NCBI GenBank assembly: GCA_037441385.1
Contig: JBBISH010000013.1
Span: 19,296 to 83,295, forward strand
Direction: 5' to 3'
DNA from: Myxococcales bacterium
GTDB lineage: Bacteria; Myxococcota_A; UBA9042
DNA length: 64,000 bases
The position numbers were made by a program, and so were the translations under genes. Numbering within the stretch: the stretch's first letter is position 1; the number at the start of each line of letters is the position of its first letter. The notes beneath the pieces are model-generated. The model worked only from the letters and a program-made list of their open reading frames with translations, ran no database searches and had not been told where the DNA came from. This document shows, piece after piece, positions 9,538 to 18,958 of the stretch.

Positions 9538-12168
9538 ATGGTGATGGTGCGCCTGCGCTTGCCCTCCAGCCCGCTGCACTGGCTCAGCGTAACCGCGCCC
9601 GTGCTGGGGCTGGTATTTACGGCACTGCTGTTTGCCGTGGGGCGCCAGTCGCAAGAACACCAAGCGGCACTGCGGTTTGCGGCCACCGCGACCGAGGTGC
9701 GGGCGCAACTGCACTCGCAACTGCGCATCTACACCGACTTGCTGCAGGCCGTGCGGGGCATCGCCGAGGCCCAGGGCGGCGACCTGCATCAAGACCAGCT
9801 GCAGCGGTTCTTGGCCAGCGTGGACTTGCAGCACCGCTATGCGGGGCTACTGGGCGTCACCTATGGCATTCCGGTCGCGCCCGAGCAGCGCGAAGAGGCC
9901 CTGAGACGGCTGCGCAGTGAGCAGGGCAATCCGCAGCTAAACGTGCACCCGGCCTGGGGAACTGGCCCAGATGCCCTGGTGATCCTTGCCGGACCGCTAG
10001 AGGGAAACCGGCTGGCGCTGGGCTTCAATTCGGCGCTCACCGCCGATCAACGCGCGTCGCTGTGGGCGGCCCGCGACCTGGGCACCCTGCAGGGCAGCCA
10101 GCCAACGCGAGTGGCGCAGGCGCCCGAAGACGGCCCTGGGCTGGTGCTGCGCCTGCCCGTATACCGCCAGCCGTCGGCAACCCTGGCCGAGCGGCGTCAG
10201 CACTTTGTTGGCTACGTCAACGCCGTGATGTTGCTGCGGCATTTGGCGGCGCAAGCGGCCCAGAGGGCCCAAGCCGTGGCGGTGGGCCTGACCTTGGCCG
10301 ACGTGACAGAAGATCAAGCCGCTACTCCATTTTTTGAGGTTGCGCGTCCAACCGTCGGCGCCGTGCGGCGGCTGGCCGCGCCGGCGGGTTTCGTCGACAG
10401 CAGCCAACTGGAGGTGGGCGGGCGGCGCTGGCGCCTGGAACTGCGGGCCGACGAAGCGTTCTACCTGCCCAGCGAGGTCGTGTGGCCCTGGAGTTTGGCG
10501 GTGCCCAGCCTGCTGATCGTGTGGCTGCTCGCCGGTTTGGCCAGCGCGCGCATGACGATGATGCGGCGGGCCCAGGCGCTGGCGGCCGAGATGACCGAGC
10601 GACTCCAGGCCAGCGAGTCGCACATGCGGGCGATCGTCGAGGTGACGCCGGACAAGATCTTTGTGGTGGCGAGCACGGGCGAATTTCTAGAGGTGTGGTC
10701 CAAGGATCCGCAACCCCTGGCTGCTTCGGCGGCGGCGCTGCTCGGGCACCACTTGCGCGACTTCTTGCCGACCGAGGCCGCCGAGCTGGCCGTGAGCAGC
10801 ATCGCCGCTGCGCTGACGACGCGGTCGCTGCGGAGCTTTGAATACACGTTGGCGGGCCGTAGCGGCGCCCGGCAGTTCGAGGCGCTGGTGCTCCCCCTCG
10901 ACACGCAAGTGCAGACGCAGACCGCGGCGTTGTGGGTGGCGCGCGACATCACCGAACGCCGGGCCCAAGAGGCGGCCCTGCTACAGACGCAAAAGCTGGA
11001 CGGACTTGGGTTGCTGGCAGGGGGAATTGCTCATGACTTCAACAATCTGCTCGGTGCGGTGCAGGGTCACCTGAGCCTGGCCCGCCTGGCAGTGGCCGAC
11101 CAGCAGGACCCCCAGCCACACTTTGACCACATGGGCCAAGCGGTTCGGCGCGCCGCGGACTTGGCGCGGCAGCTTTTGGCCTACGCCGGGCGAGCGCGGG
11201 TAGTGGTCGAGCCGGTGGACCTGAACCGGCTGATTGCCGACATGGGCTCGCTGCTGGCCGTTTCGGTGCCCAAGAAGATCGAGGTGGTGCGGCATCCGGC
11301 CACCGACCTGCCGCTGATCCAGGCCAATCCTGCGCAACTGCAGCAAGTGGTGATGAACTTGGTCAGCAACGCGGGCGAAGCGATCGGCGACGCGCCGGGG
11401 CGCCTAGAGCTTGCGACCTCGCTTTGTACCTTGAGCGCTGCGGACATCGAGCGGCGCCTGCCTGGTCAAAGCCTGGAGCCGGGCCCCTATGTCTGCCTGA
11501 TGGCTCGCGACACCGGCCAGGGCATGCCGGCCGAAGTCCTGGCGCGCCTGTTCGACCCCTTCTTTACGACCAAGCCCTCTGGGCGCGGACTGGGCCTGTC
11601 GGTTGTGCTGGGCGTCATGCGCTCGCACCGTGGTGGCGTGCAGGTGGAATCGCAACCGGGCAGGGGCACCACCTTCTACCTGTTCTTCAATGCCGACTTC
11701 CGCGCCGCCGAAGCAGTCGCCGCCGTCGCCCCGCTCGCCCCGCCGCGCCGCACCGACACCGCGCCGCTGGCCGGTACCCTGCTGGTGGCCGACGACGAAG
11801 AGATCCTGCGCGAAGTCGCCCAGCGCATGGGTGAGCGGCTGGGTCTGCGGGTGCAAGTGGCGGCCGATGGCTTGCAGGCTTGGAGTCGTTTTTGCGAGTT
11901 GCAGGGCGGCGACTTGCGGGCACTGCTGCTGGATCTGACCATGCCCGGCCTGAGCGGGCTGGAGGTATACCGGCGCGTGCGCGAAGTGGCGCCCACCCTG
12001 CCCGTGGTGCTGAGCAGTGGCTACAGCCGCGACGAACTGCCGACCGAGCCGACCGGCACGCCCACCGCCTTCTTGCAGAAGCCTTTTACGTACACTGAGT
12101 TTTCGGCAGCACTCCGGTCGGTGTGGCCGGCTGACCCGCAGCCCCCAGCGCCCCAGCCGCAAAATTGA
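9538..12168 (+). CDS. Hybrid sensor histidine kinase (CHASE-PAS-HisKA-HATPase-REC)
   Basis: TM-flanked CHASE-like region; LAGGIAHDFNNLL, QVVMNLVSNA, DTGQGM, FDPFFTTK, GRGLGLS; receiver LLDLTMP and FLQKPF. Confidence 0.92.
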   Translation: MVMVRLRLPSSPLHWLSVTAPVLGLVFTALLFAVGRQSQEHQAALRFAATATEVRAQLHSQLRIYTDLLQAVRGIAEAQGGDLHQDQLQRFLASVDLQHRYAGLLGVTYGIPVAPEQREEALRRLRSEQGNPQLNVHPAWGTGPDALVILAGPLEGNRLALGFNSALTADQRASLWAARDLGTLQGSQPTRVAQAPEDGPGLVLRLPVYRQPSATLAERRQHFVGYVNAVMLLRHLAAQAAQRAQAVAVGLTLADVTEDQAATPFFEVARPTVGAVRRLAAPAGFVDSSQLEVGGRRWRLELRADEAFYLPSEVVWPWSLAVPSLLIVWLLAGLASARMTMMRRAQALAAEMTERLQASESHMRAIVEVTPDKIFVVASTGEFLEVWSKDPQPLAASAAALLGHHLRDFLPTEAAELAVSSIAAALTTRSLRSFEYTLAGRSGARQFEALVLPLDTQVQTQTAALWVARDITERRAQEAALLQTQKLDGLGLLAGGIAHDFNNLLGAVQGHLSLARLAVADQQDPQPHFDHMGQAVRRAADLARQLLAYAGRARVVVEPVDLNRLIADMGSLLAVSVPKKIEVVRHPATDLPLIQANPAQLQQVVMNLVSNAGEAIGDAPGRLELATSLCTLSAADIERRLPGQSLEPGPYVCLMARDTGQGMPAEVLARLFDPFFTTKPSGRGLGLSVVLGVMRSHRGGVQVESQPGRGTTFYLFFNADFRAAEAVAAVAPLAPPRRTDTAPLAGTLLVADDEEILREVAQRMGERLGLRVQVAADGLQAWSRFCELQGGDLRALLLDLTMPGLSGLEVYRRVREVAPTLPVVLSSGYSRDELPTEPTGTPTAFLQKPFTYTEFSAALRSVWPADPQPPAPQPQN

Positions 12169-12222
12169 CCCAGACGAATTATCCTGTTGCGTGAGCAAAA
12201 AGGAATACTGTATACATACGGT

Positions 12223-14199
12223 ATGGCGACGAACCAAGCTCAATCCGCTCCTGCTCAAGCAACCCCCTCTGCGGCCAAGCCGGCGGCGCGGCCCACCGCC
12301 AATCCAGGCGGATTGCAGACGATGAGTTACGCCCAAGGCAAGGCGGCCACCGCCCCGTCGGGCGCGGGTGCACCGCCAGACCCGGCCGCGCTCAACTACG
12401 CCCAGGGCCGGGCCCAAGTCGCACCGCCGCCCGCCGATCCCGAAGCGGCGCGCATGCAGGCGGCCCAGGCCAGCTATCAGCAGTTGCTGGGGCAAGCGCT
12501 GGGCGACAAGCTGTTTGCCCTGGTGACCAAGGATTTGTCCAGCGCCAAGCTGTTGGAGATGGGCGATCAGGGGTTGCAGGCCGCCGCCGCGGCTGCCGTG
12601 GGCGCGATCGGACCGATCGCCGGCAACCAGGCGCTGGACACGGCCGAAGAGGCGGATGCCGCCAAGCAATTTGCCGGGGCGCTGGCGGATTGGTCGCGGG
12701 GGGCGGCCGCGCAGTGGTTGCAGGGTCCCGAAGGCCAGGCGTTGGCCACCAAGATCGCCCAATTCGCCCAGGGACACCCGGAAGCGGTGGTCGCGGCTGC
12801 CTTGGTGGCAGCGGCCGGCGCGGCGGCGGCCAATGCAAGCATTCCCAAGCTGGCCAAGGACTTCCAGATCAGCGACAGCGTCACGGTGTCGGCCGGCGTC
12901 GATCTGGGCAAGCTGCGGCAGATCGCCGTCAACGCCGCCGACCTGGGCATCCGCTACCAGCGCGGCGAGGTCGAGGCGGCCTTGACGTGGTCGACGACCA
13001 AGGGCGCCGACGGCAACCCCGACACGCAGAAACTGGCGGCCAAGGTGGGCAACAAGACCACCTCGCTCAGCGGCGACATGACCGTCACGGGCAACGAAGT
13101 GGTCATCAACACGGCCGCCAGCCACCAGGGCGACGGCTACAACGTCAGCGGCGGCACCCAGACCACCAAGACCGCCGACGGCAGCCGCACCACGGTGGCC
13201 AACGCCACGGTATCGATCGGCGGCCAAGAGAAGAACCTGACCGCCAACGCCAAGTACGACAGCTCGAGCGGCGAATTGCGCTTGGACGCCAACGCCGTCC
13301 GCGACTTTGGCAACGGCCTGAAGATGCAGGGCGGGGTCGCCGGCACCCGCGACGCCAGCGGCACCACCAGCGCCACCGCCAACGGCGCGTTGAACTACCA
13401 GGGCAACGGCAACACGCTGGATCTCGGCGCCAACGCCGACCTGATGGGCGGGGCAATGGGCGTCAACGCCGCGGCCTCGCACACGTTCGACAAGGGCAGC
13501 GTCAGCGGCAAGCTGGGCATGGACGCGCAAAATGGCCTGAGCGCGGAGCTGGCCGGCAGCCGCCAGTTCGACAAGGGCTCGGTGTCGGGTTCGGTGGCCT
13601 ATTCCGACCAGGGTGGCACCTCGGCCAAGGTCGCGGCGGACACCACCTTGGACAACGGCCTGAAGATGCAGCTGACGGCCCTGCTGGACCAAGCTGGCGT
13701 GGTCAAGGCTTCCGCTTCGGCCGAGGGCAGTTGGGGCGACTTTACCGGCAAGGCCTCGGCCGACTTGAACCTGAGCACCGGCCAGGTCGAAGCGCTGGCG
13801 GTGCAGCTGGGCTACAAGGATCCGAACAACCTGCGCAGCGCGCTGCTGGACTTCAAGCGCAGCTACGCGGGCGGCGTGGCCGAAGACCAGTTCGACCTGC
13901 AACTGCAGATGGCGTTGGACAAGCTCACGTTGCGCGGCTCGAACCAGTCCCACCTGATCGACGGCAAGCTGCAGAGCAACGTGGCCCACGTGGAAGCGGG
14001 CTACAAGCTGAGCGAGGACGTGACCGCCATCGCCGGCGTGCGTCACGGCTTTGAGGATCCGCAAGCGTCGAGCGTGCTCGTCGACCGCAACAAGGGCACG
14101 TGGCTCGAGGCCGGCGTGCAGGTCAAGGGCGTGCCGCTGGTGGTGGGTTACCGCCCCGAAGACGGCAGCGTCAGCGTGGGCGTGACGATCCCATTCTAA
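12223..14199 (+). CDS. Hypothetical protein: helical N-terminus plus long amphipathic beta-strand region ending in Phe
   Basis: Long ORF with host-like codon usage; alternating hydrophobic beta pattern; C-terminus VSVGVTIPF; no signal peptide visible. Confidence 0.6.
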   Translation: MATNQAQSAPAQATPSAAKPAARPTANPGGLQTMSYAQGKAATAPSGAGAPPDPAALNYAQGRAQVAPPPADPEAARMQAAQASYQQLLGQALGDKLFALVTKDLSSAKLLEMGDQGLQAAAAAAVGAIGPIAGNQALDTAEEADAAKQFAGALADWSRGAAAQWLQGPEGQALATKIAQFAQGHPEAVVAAALVAAAGAAAANASIPKLAKDFQISDSVTVSAGVDLGKLRQIAVNAADLGIRYQRGEVEAALTWSTTKGADGNPDTQKLAAKVGNKTTSLSGDMTVTGNEVVINTAASHQGDGYNVSGGTQTTKTADGSRTTVANATVSIGGQEKNLTANAKYDSSSGELRLDANAVRDFGNGLKMQGGVAGTRDASGTTSATANGALNYQGNGNTLDLGANADLMGGAMGVNAAASHTFDKGSVSGKLGMDAQNGLSAELAGSRQFDKGSVSGSVAYSDQGGTSAKVAADTTLDNGLKMQLTALLDQAGVVKASASAEGSWGDFTGKASADLNLSTGQVEALAVQLGYKDPNNLRSALLDFKRSYAGGVAEDQFDLQLQMALDKLTLRGSNQSHLIDGKLQSNVAHVEAGYKLSEDVTAIAGVRHGFEDPQASSVLVDRNKGTWLEAGVQVKGVPLVVGYRPEDGSVSVGVTIPF

Positions 14200-14207
14200 C
14201 CGCCTGA

Positions 14208-14339
14208 TACCAGTTCCGTCCAAATCGGCTCGAAAACTTCGGCAATTCTTCGGGCCCGAATCGGGGTCCCCGCCTGATTCTCGCCGGTTGCAGACCAGGT
14301 CAGCGGAACCGTACACGCGTGAATCAGACGGGGTTCGTA
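14208..14339 (+). mobile_element. 132-bp MITE-like repeat, copy 1
   Basis: TAC...GTA ends with TGA on both flanks; similar to 23581-23712 and 37846-37977. Confidence 0.75.
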
Positions 14340-14415
14340 TGATCAACCCCAACTCACAGCCGCCGGACGCAGCACCGCACGCCAAGCCGGCCATGCGGTG
14401 CGCGCCAGACGCGGA

Positions 14416-14745
14416 CTACTTCACGTTGGCCGGGCCTTTGGCCTTCAGGCACGCGGACATGTACTTCTTCTGATCGTCGCCCTTGAGCCCCTTCTCTTTG
14501 GCGGCCTTGGCGCAAGCACCCATGGCTTCCTTGGGCGGCAGCTCCTTCTTGTCGCCGGCGGGGGCGTCAGCGGGCTTGGTCTTGAGGCACTCGGACATGA
14601 ACTTCTTGCGCTCGTCGCCCTTGAGTGCCTTGTCGGTCGCCTGCTTGTTGCAGTCCTTCATCTTGTCTTGCTGGGCGCCGGCATAAGCCGAGGCAGCGGC
14701 GAGCGACAACGAAGCGACGATCGCCGCCGAAAGAAGCTTGTGCAT
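14416..14745 (-). CDS. psiF: PsiF-repeat family exported protein
   Basis: Signal peptide followed by two repeats: QQDKMKDCNKQA...LKGDERKKFMSECLK and MGACAKAAKEKGLKGDDQKKYMSACLK. Confidence 0.85.
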   Translation of the reverse strand: MHKLLSAAIVASLSLAAASAYAGAQQDKMKDCNKQATDKALKGDERKKFMSECLKTKPADAPAGDKKELPPKEAMGACAKAAKEKGLKGDDQKKYMSACLKAKGPANVK

Positions 14746-14920
14746 GGATAGTTCCTTGGTTTGAAAGGGTATGCTTGAAAGCGTAGATGCCAACAACGCG
14801 CAGCACCGGCAGCCGCCGGCCTGCGTTGCGCCGCGTTTGGGCGTCACTGCCAGAGTGTAGCGCCGCGAACCGCCTATGCAAGCGCCAGCGACTCGGCTAA
14901 CGTGACCGCCGGAGGAGCCG

Positions 14921-15289
14921 ATGCGCTGGACGACGAGCGAGTGCCACTGGCGCGATACCCTGCTGGCCGGGATCCTGCCGGCAGGAGAGCGCCACGGCGG
15001 GGTCGTGTCGCTCGATCTTGAGGAGTTTTGGTCGACTTTTGCCGAACGTGCGCCCCGCGACCTGCGTCTGGTCTGGCGCCTCAGCGTGTGGCTACTGACG
15101 TGGTGGGCGGTGGTCCAGGCCGGGCGGCCGCTGCATGCCTTGCAAGCGCCACAGCGCGAACGGCTGCTGCAGAGCTGGGCCGACTCGCCCAACTACTTGC
15201 TACGGCAAATGGTGATGCTGGCCAAGACTATCGCCGCATGGGCGCTGCTGGCCGACGGCGGAACGCGCCAGCGACTGCAGATTCGCTGA
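14921..15289 (+). CDS. Hypothetical protein, resembling small helical partner domains of GMC oxidoreductases
   Basis: GGAGG RBS before ATG; LHAL...QRERLLQSWADS...LLRQ..LAK pattern. Confidence 0.55.
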   Translation: MRWTTSECHWRDTLLAGILPAGERHGGVVSLDLEEFWSTFAERAPRDLRLVWRLSVWLLTWWAVVQAGRPLHALQAPQRERLLQSWADSPNYLLRQMVMLAKTIAAWALLADGGTRQRLQIR

Positions 15290-15307
15290 ATTAGCAAGAG
15301 TTTGCAG

Positions 15308-16798
15308 CTACTTGGGCAGCAACGCTTCGAACACGTCTTGCTCGCAACGCGTCGTGGCTTGGCTCATGGCGCTGCGCAAGCGGTCGCCGAACTCGGGCTC
15401 GCGGGGAATGGACTCGTCGATGAACGAGAGCAATTCTTCGGCAGGGATGCCGCGGCTACACACCACGCCGACCAAGCTGCCCAGGCAGCGGCGACCGTGA
15501 GGCAGCGAGACCACCATCGCCATCAGCTCGTGCGAAGCGTAGTTCGACACGGCGGCCGAGAGCATGTCGCAATCGTCGTTCTTGGCCACCAACCAGCGCG
15601 CCAGCGCCAAGTCGACGATGGTGCGGTTTTTCAGGGACCAAAAGCCGTCGGTAAAGCTCGGGTGCACCAGCGGCGACGACAGCAGCGCGCCGCACGCCGC
15701 CTCGGGACTGCCCGTGGCCGGCCGCGCGGCCGCCACACAACGGTCGATGGTGATCTGCATGTCGGGTTCGGTGGCCTCGGTGGCGCTGGCCAGGACCAGG
15801 CGGTCGACCCAGCTCATGCCCGACTCGGCGTTGGCGACCACGGGAGCCACGCGATGGCCGACCCAGGTGCTCCACAATTCGGCCCGCGTGGGGTGAGCGC
15901 CAAACGGCTCCATGCCTCTAGCAGCATCCTCTGCCAGGTCGGCGACCATCTCGGCGTCGCGCCAGGTGGCCATGTGCACATAGCGGCACTGGTCGATGCC
16001 CGTGCGCTTGCGGTCCAGCGAGGTCAGCGCCAGCCATTTCTTGGCCGCCGCCAGCTCGGCGGGGTCTTTGAAGCGGCGGGCAAACACGCCGTCGACCTGG
16101 TCGCAGGCCAGCTCGGCAACCCGCGCCGTCGCCGCAGGTTTCAGGCCGTCGCGGCCCAGGTTGAAGCCTGGGCGCTCAAACCGCACCAAGTGCGGACGCG
16201 CGACGCCACTGCGGGCAAGCCAGTCCATGTCGCGGCGCAGGCGGATCTGGTCGCGCGGCGTCAGTTCGTCGCCGCCGTCGATGATGAGGATCCAATCAGG
16301 TCCCAGGGCTTCTTGCAGCTGGCGTGCTGGGTCGTCGCCGGGCGGTGTGCCGACGGCTTCCAAGAGCACCGCCGCGATCGCCGGCAGCTTGGCCGTGGCC
16401 GTGGCGAAGTGGGGCGCCAAGTCCAGCTCGCAGTCAACGCGCACGGTCAGGGCCTTGCCGCAGATCTTGCTTTGCACCGAGTCGGCCAAGCGGCTTTTGC
16501 CCGAACCGCCGCGACCAAGCACCCACGTCTCTTGGCCCGACTCGCCGGCCAAGATCTTGACCGCCAAGCTCTCTTCGCTGACGGTCTCGACCGCATCGCC
16601 TTGTTTCCAGGTGACCTGGATTGGCACATGCCGCCCCGACTCGACTTTGGCATTGAAGCTGCGCACCAACCGATCGCAGCCATACGCCAGTTTTTCGGGG
16701 ATGGGAGCCGGGACACGCGCGGCACCGCTGCAGGCCGCCAAGCCAAACGCCGCCAACACCGGGACCAGACCATGAGCGAAGTGCGAGATCCGTTTCAT
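15308..16798 (-). CDS. Predicted lipoprotein with NACHT/STAND-like P-loop NTPase domain
   Basis: Lipobox MKRISHFAHGLVPVLAAFGLAAC; Walker A GRGGSGKS; Walker B ILIIDGGDEL. Confidence 0.6.
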   Translation of the reverse strand: MKRISHFAHGLVPVLAAFGLAACSGAARVPAPIPEKLAYGCDRLVRSFNAKVESGRHVPIQVTWKQGDAVETVSEESLAVKILAGESGQETWVLGRGGSGKSRLADSVQSKICGKALTVRVDCELDLAPHFATATAKLPAIAAVLLEAVGTPPGDDPARQLQEALGPDWILIIDGGDELTPRDQIRLRRDMDWLARSGVARPHLVRFERPGFNLGRDGLKPAATARVAELACDQVDGVFARRFKDPAELAAAKKWLALTSLDRKRTGIDQCRYVHMATWRDAEMVADLAEDAARGMEPFGAHPTRAELWSTWVGHRVAPVVANAESGMSWVDRLVLASATEATEPDMQITIDRCVAAARPATGSPEAACGALLSSPLVHPSFTDGFWSLKNRTIVDLALARWLVAKNDDCDMLSAAVSNYASHELMAMVVSLPHGRRCLGSLVGVVCSRGIPAEELLSFIDESIPREPEFGDRLRSAMSQATTRCEQDVFEALLPK

Positions 16799-16964
16799 GC
16801 GGCTAGGGTAGCAGCGCACCCCAGGCGGCACAAGACCGGCCGTGGGCGCGGTTGCCGTCTGGTGCGGGGGTGCGTATGCTGAGTGGGTGCGCCCTTGCAA
16901 AGGCGGCCGCCGCGCCGTTGGCAAGGTCCTTGGAACCTGCATTCGATCCAGGAGCTTTCCGCCC

Positions 16965-18929
16965 ATGCCCAGAGCAACTGTGCCCAGCGCCAAGAGCCCC
17001 TCGCACGTCGGCCGCCGCACCGGGTCGCCGGTGGTTGTCGGCGTACTTCTTGCCTTGCTGGCGGGCCTGCTCGGCGGCTGCGGCGAAGAAACGGTGGGCG
17101 GCACGGTGGTCAAGTCGGACACCAACCTCTTTGGGGGGAGCGACAGCACCCTGGGCGACGACCTGCAGGTGTTCCCCGGCGGCGACACGGTGAGCGGCGA
17201 CGGGGGCGGCAGCGGCGGCGACATCGCGATTGCGCCGGGCGAGTTCGGTTACAAGTGCGCCACCAACAACGAGTGCAACAGCGGCCTGTGCGTGGACAGC
17301 CCCAACGGCAAGATCTGCACCAAGTACTGCACCGAGGCCTGCCCCAAGGGCTTTGCGTGCATCGAAGAGGTCATCCCCGGCACCACGGACAAGGGCTACT
17401 ATTGTTCGCCCAAGTTCAAGTACGTCTGCGATCCGTGCAGCGGCAACGACACCTGCAACGACCAGGGCCAGGCCGGCGCGGTGTGCATGAAGCTCAAGAC
17501 CAACGCGGGCATGCTCGGCGGTTTCTGCGGCGTGAAGTGCAATCCGCAAAATCCCGATTGCCCAAGCGGCTTTGACTGCCAGTCGTGGACCGACGAAGAG
17601 ACGGGATTGTCCACCTACCAGTGCATGCGCGTGGACGGAGCCGATTGCGATTGCTCCGGTCACGCCCAGGCCCTGGGCCTCAAGACCGCCTGCACGCGCA
17701 AGAACGTGTACGGCAGTTGCAGCGGCTGGCGGCAGTGCACCGAGACGGGGCTGTCGTCGTGCACGGCCAAGTCGGCGAAGCCAGAGGAGTGCAACGGCCA
17801 GGACGACGACTGCAACGGCAAGACCGACGACTTCCAGGCAGGCGCCAGCTGCGACATCAAGAACGAGTTCGGCACCTGCAAGGGTCAGGTCAAAGAATGC
17901 GTAGACGGCCAGCCGATTTGCGATGGCACGCCCGCCAAGCCCGAGGCGTGCAACGGCGTGGACGACAACTGCGACGGCAAGACCGACGAGGGCCTGTGCG
18001 AGGACGGCGACCCCTGCACGAGCGACAAATGCAACACCGACGGCTCGTGCCAGCACATTCAGCTGGGCGGCCTGCCGTGCGACGACGGCTCGATCTGCAC
18101 CAAGACCGACAAGTGCGTGTCCGGCAAGTGCTTTGGCGGCGGCGAGCTGGACTGCGACGACAAAGACGCGTGCACGGCTGACTCGTGCAACCCGATCGAC
18201 GGCTGCCAACACAAGCCCAGCAGCGATGCCGTTTGCCCGGACGATGGCATCGAGTGCACCCAGGACCTGTGCAAGGACGGCAAGTGCCAGCACCCGCAGG
18301 CCAGCGACGGCACCAAGTGCAGCGAAGATGGCCAGCCCTGCACCGCCGACATCTGCCAGGCGGGCAAGTGCGCGCACCCGGTCCAAGAGGGCAACCCGTG
18401 CGTCGACGACGGCAAGGCCTGCACCACCGACCTGTGCGTCGCCGGAAAGTGCACCCACACGCCCGCCAGCGGCACGCCGTGCGACGACGGCAAGATCTGC
18501 ACCGAGGGCGACGTCTGCCTGTCCGGCGCGTGCAAGGCCGGCAAGTTGAACCTGTGCGACGACGGCCAGCCCTGCACCAAAGACGCCTGCATCGAAGGCG
18601 CCGGCTGCAGTCACGACCCACAAGGCGCCAACGGGGCGTCGTGCACCGCGCCGTCGGCCGACTGCCCGGCGGGCCAGTGCGTCGGCGGCTCGTGCCTGTC
18701 GGTCCCCAGCAAGCTGTGCTTCTACGAGTACGACCCCGGCCTGTGCGGCGACCCGGTGCAGTTGCCCGGCTACTGCGCGTCGAGCGGCAAGTGCACCCCC
18801 GACAAGAATGCTGCGCAACAGGCCCAGAACAAGGTCACTTGCACGATCCCCTGCAAGTCGGTGTGTGTCGCCTGCAGCCTTGGCGGCTTCCCGATTCAGC
18901 TATGCCTGGACGGCCTGTTCGGCTTCTGA
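16965..18929 (+). CDS. Cys-rich repeat lipoprotein (myxobacterial ExCNGxDDxCxG metal-binding repeats plus CDDGxxCTxDxC repeats)
   Basis: AGGAG RBS; LLGGC lipobox; EECNGQDDDCNG, EACNGVDDNCDG, many CxDDGxxCTxDxC units. Confidence 0.8.
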   Translation: MPRATVPSAKSPSHVGRRTGSPVVVGVLLALLAGLLGGCGEETVGGTVVKSDTNLFGGSDSTLGDDLQVFPGGDTVSGDGGGSGGDIAIAPGEFGYKCATNNECNSGLCVDSPNGKICTKYCTEACPKGFACIEEVIPGTTDKGYYCSPKFKYVCDPCSGNDTCNDQGQAGAVCMKLKTNAGMLGGFCGVKCNPQNPDCPSGFDCQSWTDEETGLSTYQCMRVDGADCDCSGHAQALGLKTACTRKNVYGSCSGWRQCTETGLSSCTAKSAKPEECNGQDDDCNGKTDDFQAGASCDIKNEFGTCKGQVKECVDGQPICDGTPAKPEACNGVDDNCDGKTDEGLCEDGDPCTSDKCNTDGSCQHIQLGGLPCDDGSICTKTDKCVSGKCFGGGELDCDDKDACTADSCNPIDGCQHKPSSDAVCPDDGIECTQDLCKDGKCQHPQASDGTKCSEDGQPCTADICQAGKCAHPVQEGNPCVDDGKACTTDLCVAGKCTHTPASGTPCDDGKICTEGDVCLSGACKAGKLNLCDDGQPCTKDACIEGAGCSHDPQGANGASCTAPSADCPAGQCVGGSCLSVPSKLCFYEYDPGLCGDPVQLPGYCASSGKCTPDKNAAQQAQNKVTCTIPCKSVCVACSLGGFPIQLCLDGLFGF

Positions 18930-18958
18930 TCGTTCGCTGAATTTCCCTGGAGTTTCGC

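Noticed and set aside
12206..12223. tactgtatacatacggta as a LexA SOS box
   Set aside because: Spacing is CTG-N8-CGG rather than CTG-N10-CAG; kept only as a generic palindrome.
16965..18929. Periodic tgcgacgacggc...tgcacc repeats (also 60591-64000) as a possible CRISPR or non-coding array
   Set aside because: They are in-frame codons of Cys-rich protein repeats with synonymous variation.
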